From Hyalangium minutum (GTDB lineage: Bacteria > Myxococcota > Myxococcia > Myxococcales > Myxococcaceae), in assembly GCF_000737315.1 (NCBI RefSeq), contig NZ_JMCB01000010.1, positions 1-64,000 of the forward strand: a DNA stretch of 64,000 nt, in the 5' to 3' direction. Position numbers and translations under genes: made by a program. The notes below the pieces were generated by a model. The model was not told the DNA's origin. It made no database searches and saw only the letters and a list, made by a program, of their open reading frames with translations. The number at the start of each line of letters is the position of its first letter. Position 1 is the first letter of the stretch. This document shows, in pieces, positions 61,604 through 64,000 of the stretch.

Positions 61604-62254
61604 CTACGGCGTGGGAGTCGCTGCGGTAGCCCCGGCCGCAGGAGCGGGATTGGCCGACGCAGCTGCCGCCGCCGCCTTCTCCGCCGCCGCCTTCTCCGCC
61701 GCCATCCGCTCCTCGTTGCGCTTGGTCGCCTCAGCCTCGGCCACCTTCTTCATGCTGGCCAGGCCCTTCTCGAAGTCCCCGCCGACCATCGTGTCCATGT
61801 CCATGAACACGCACATGGCCTTGCTGATGAAGTTGTGGTTGCCCTCCATGCGCCACGTCACCAAGGAGCCTGCCTCTTCCGGCTTGAACTCGAAGGTGGT
61901 CGTGCTGGCGGTCTCCATCGGCTTGAGGAACTCCAGCTTGATGCGGACGAGTTCGTTCGGCTTGCTCTCCTCGATCGTCATCCGCCCCTCGCCCACTTGA
62001 TCATTGCCGACCCAGCCGTACTTCGCGCCGATGCCCGCAGCTCCCTCGAAGGTGCGCTTCATGTTCGCATCCATGGCATCCCACGGAGACCACTCGTTCC
62101 AGTGGTGGAAGTCATTCACCAGCGCGAACGCGAACTCCGGTGATGCCTGGATCTTGGCCGTGCGCTGCACGGTAAACGTGTCCGGACGGGTGGAGACGAA
62201 GCCCACGAAACCGACGATGACGACACCGAGGCTAATGAGGATCTTCTTGAGCAT
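61604..62254 (-). CDS. SRPBCC (polyketide cyclase/START-like) family protein
   Basis: N-terminal anchor, FTVQRTAKIQA, WNEWSPW...D, G.GAKYGW.GN..VGEG.M, DFEKGL. Confidence 0.88.
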   Translation of the reverse strand: MLKKILISLGVVIVGFVGFVSTRPDTFTVQRTAKIQASPEFAFALVNDFHHWNEWSPWDAMDANMKRTFEGAAGIGAKYGWVGNDQVGEGRMTIEESKPNELVRIKLEFLKPMETASTTTFEFKPEEAGSLVTWRMEGNHNFISKAMCVFMDMDTMVGGDFEKGLASMKKVAEAEATKRNEERMAAEKAAAEKAAAAAASANPAPAAGATAATPTP

Positions 62255-62499
62255 GAGGGGTCCTTGAGTGAAGCGGGGCGCTGCGAGACGAGCGCGTCAT
62301 ATGGCGATGAGCGCCCTACCCACAAGGGGGGGGCACCTGCACACCACCGAGAGGGGCGTGCTCGACCCACCGAGCTCCGCCAAGGCCCCTCCAGGGCGAT
62401 ACAGGCCCCCCAAAGCCGACGGCCGGCCCCCCGTGAACGCCGCCAGAGGGTACGTGCCGAACATAGCGAGGCCGACACCCGCTCAGATAGTGTCCGTCC

Positions 62500-63450
62500 A
62501 TGACGAAGGGCGTGAAGATCACCCTTGCAGTGACGGCGGCACTCGTCGGACTGAGCGTCACCTGCTGCTTCGGCACTCTGGCTCTTGGGCTTCTGGGCGG
62601 CGAAGAGACTGCCCCAACGGGACCGCGCGCGATCGGAGGCGCAGGCTTCACCTTCGCGCCACCCGCGTCGTTCCAGAAGGCGGGCGAAGACCACTGGCGT
62701 CGCGAGCAGCGTGACGACACCGAATTGTACTGGGTCGACGTGCGACGGCTGCCTCCCATCGCGGGGCTCGAGGGCGCCGACGAGAAGCTCTCTGCGCTGT
62801 GGCTGAAGCTGCTCAGCGACGCCTATGAGCAGGTCCACGCACCGCTCGTGCAGCGTCGCTTCGTGTCCAACGGAGCCCGCGCGCACTTCGGCCGCGCGCG
62901 GCTGCTGAGGCCTGGAAACCCCGAACCGGTGACAGTGAGCCTCTACCTCGTCGAGGCCGATGATCGCCTCGAGCCATTCCTCGTCGTGCAGGGCTGCGAC
63001 ACCACGGCGATGGGTTCCCAGATGATCATCCTCTTCTCCTTCCCGAGGACGCACGTCTTCGTCGAGGAGTTGCTCGCCACTGTCCAGGGCAGCCCCACCG
63101 GCGGGTCGCTCGCCTCCGATGATGAGGTGACTGGCCAGTTCGCGTTCGGCGACACCCATACCGCGCAGTGGATCAACACCGTCACCGGAGCGACCTCGAT
63201 GACCGCGGTGGCGCGCGCCGTCGACTTCACCTTCAACGACGACCACACCTACACGTACTCGTTCACTGGCGGCTCAGGGCAGGTCGGCGCCATCAAGTTC
63301 GGCACCGACAAGGACCAGGGCCACTGGAGGGTGGAGCATGACGTGCTGGTACTCACCGGCGAGAAGTCTACGCGGAAGTACTTCATCACTGGCGCCCCGC
63401 GCGGCCCCGACGGGCAGCAAGTGCTGCTGCTCCAGCCCGAGCCCACGTGA
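62500..63450 (+). CDS. Hypothetical membrane-anchored/lipoprotein
   Basis: N-terminal hydrophobic segment with CC; 316-aa ORF with host-like codon bias. Confidence 0.6.
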   Translation: MTKGVKITLAVTAALVGLSVTCCFGTLALGLLGGEETAPTGPRAIGGAGFTFAPPASFQKAGEDHWRREQRDDTELYWVDVRRLPPIAGLEGADEKLSALWLKLLSDAYEQVHAPLVQRRFVSNGARAHFGRARLLRPGNPEPVTVSLYLVEADDRLEPFLVVQGCDTTAMGSQMIILFSFPRTHVFVEELLATVQGSPTGGSLASDDEVTGQFAFGDTHTAQWINTVTGATSMTAVARAVDFTFNDDHTYTYSFTGGSGQVGAIKFGTDKDQGHWRVEHDVLVLTGEKSTRKYFITGAPRGPDGQQVLLLQPEPT

Positions 63451-63607
63451 TCCTTCTCGCCGAACGTGGAGAGCGAGGTCTATGTGAGGAAGTAGCCCAT
63501 CACCAACAGCCCCAGCAGTCCGGGGTGCTCGTACCTCTCTCTGCAGCCCCTGACTATGAATCAGGCCTGCCCTCCTTGGCCTGGTGCACGCAGAGGCGCA
63601 GCGGCTC

Positions 63608-63841
63608 GGGTGGCACGATCTCCGGCACAGCTTCGCGTCCCATCTCGTCATGCGCGGAGTGGCGCTCAAGGCCGTCCAGGAGCTGCTCGGCCACGCTACC
63701 ATCGACATGACCATGCGCTACGCGCACCTGAGCCCGGACGTGAAGCGGGATGCCGTGCACGTGCTCGACACGCCAAGCCCCGCCAGGGTCCATACGGGAC
63801 ACATGACGCCTGAAACGCCAGCGGCCGGAACCCTTTGTTGA
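63608..63841 (+). mobile_element. Tyrosine recombinase/integrase C-terminal fragment
   Basis: [12 protein letters not shown] (HxxR), [17 protein letters not shown] (H and catalytic Y); the N-terminal two-thirds are missing; convergent on the tRNA 3' end. Confidence 0.92.
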
Positions 63842-63856
63842 AGGATTCCGGCCGCT
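63820..63856. repeat. Inverted repeat between the integrase relic and the tRNA 3' end
   Basis: AGCGGCCGGAACCCTT-TGTTG-AAGGATTCCGGCCGCT, 15/16 bp paired. Confidence 0.75.
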
Positions 63857-63870
63857 TGGACTTCTAAAAT

Positions 63871-63945
63871 TGGAGCGGGAAAAGGGATTTGAACCCTCGA
63901 CCCTCGCCTTGGCAAGGCGATGCTCTACCGCTGAGCTATTCCCGC
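63871..63945 (-). tRNA. tRNA-Gly (GCC)
   Basis: Reverse complement GCGGGAATAGCTCAGCGGTAGAGCATCGCCTTGCCAAGGCGAGGGTCGAGGGTTCAAATCCCTTTTCCCGCTCCA: cloverleaf with anticodon GCC and encoded CCA. Confidence 0.98.
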
Positions 63946-64000
63946 ATCTGTCTGCCCCGCCGACTGCGTCGCCGCACCGTCGAAGCGAGGGCGGATATAC

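Overview
High-GC (~70%) myxobacterial DNA, most likely Cystobacterineae/Archangiaceae. This is inferred from codon usage and family content (FHA-sigma54 activator, Ser/Thr kinase, DUF6310/DUF5953, DUF2914). Four zones: (1) 1-22.1 kb is a decayed accessory mosaic. It is punctuated by three tmRNA(ssrA)-3'-end-like att relics and two related element-end relics. It carries a lipoprotein nuclease toxin/immunity pair plus an inverted gutted copy, a Ser/Thr kinase plus an internally deleted copy, two segmental duplications, an IS91 scrap, an AT-rich ORFan, a secreted six-Cys defensin-like peptide, and small detox/regulatory genes. (2) 22.2-43.6 kb is core-like: tgt, ABC-F, DUF2914, YihY, rmlBDAC and an ABC-transporter-type O-antigen/glycan locus (GT4, a small coiled-coil protein, a PhyH dioxygenase, two ~1300-aa GT2-GT2-WsaF-like paralogs, wzt, wzm). 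(3) 43.8-58 kb holds a motif-degenerate FAAL-condensation didomain, a gutted Sir2, a MarR-MFP-RND-TolC efflux operon, a vWA protein, an orphan sugar-binding protein and a lipoprotein. (4) 58-64 kb holds a microviridin-type graspetide cluster with a two-core precursor, an alpha/beta hydrolase, SRPBCC, and a tyrosine-integrase relic abutting tRNA-Gly(GCC). No CRISPR array or rRNA was seen. All family names come from recognition of motifs by eye; no database search was run.
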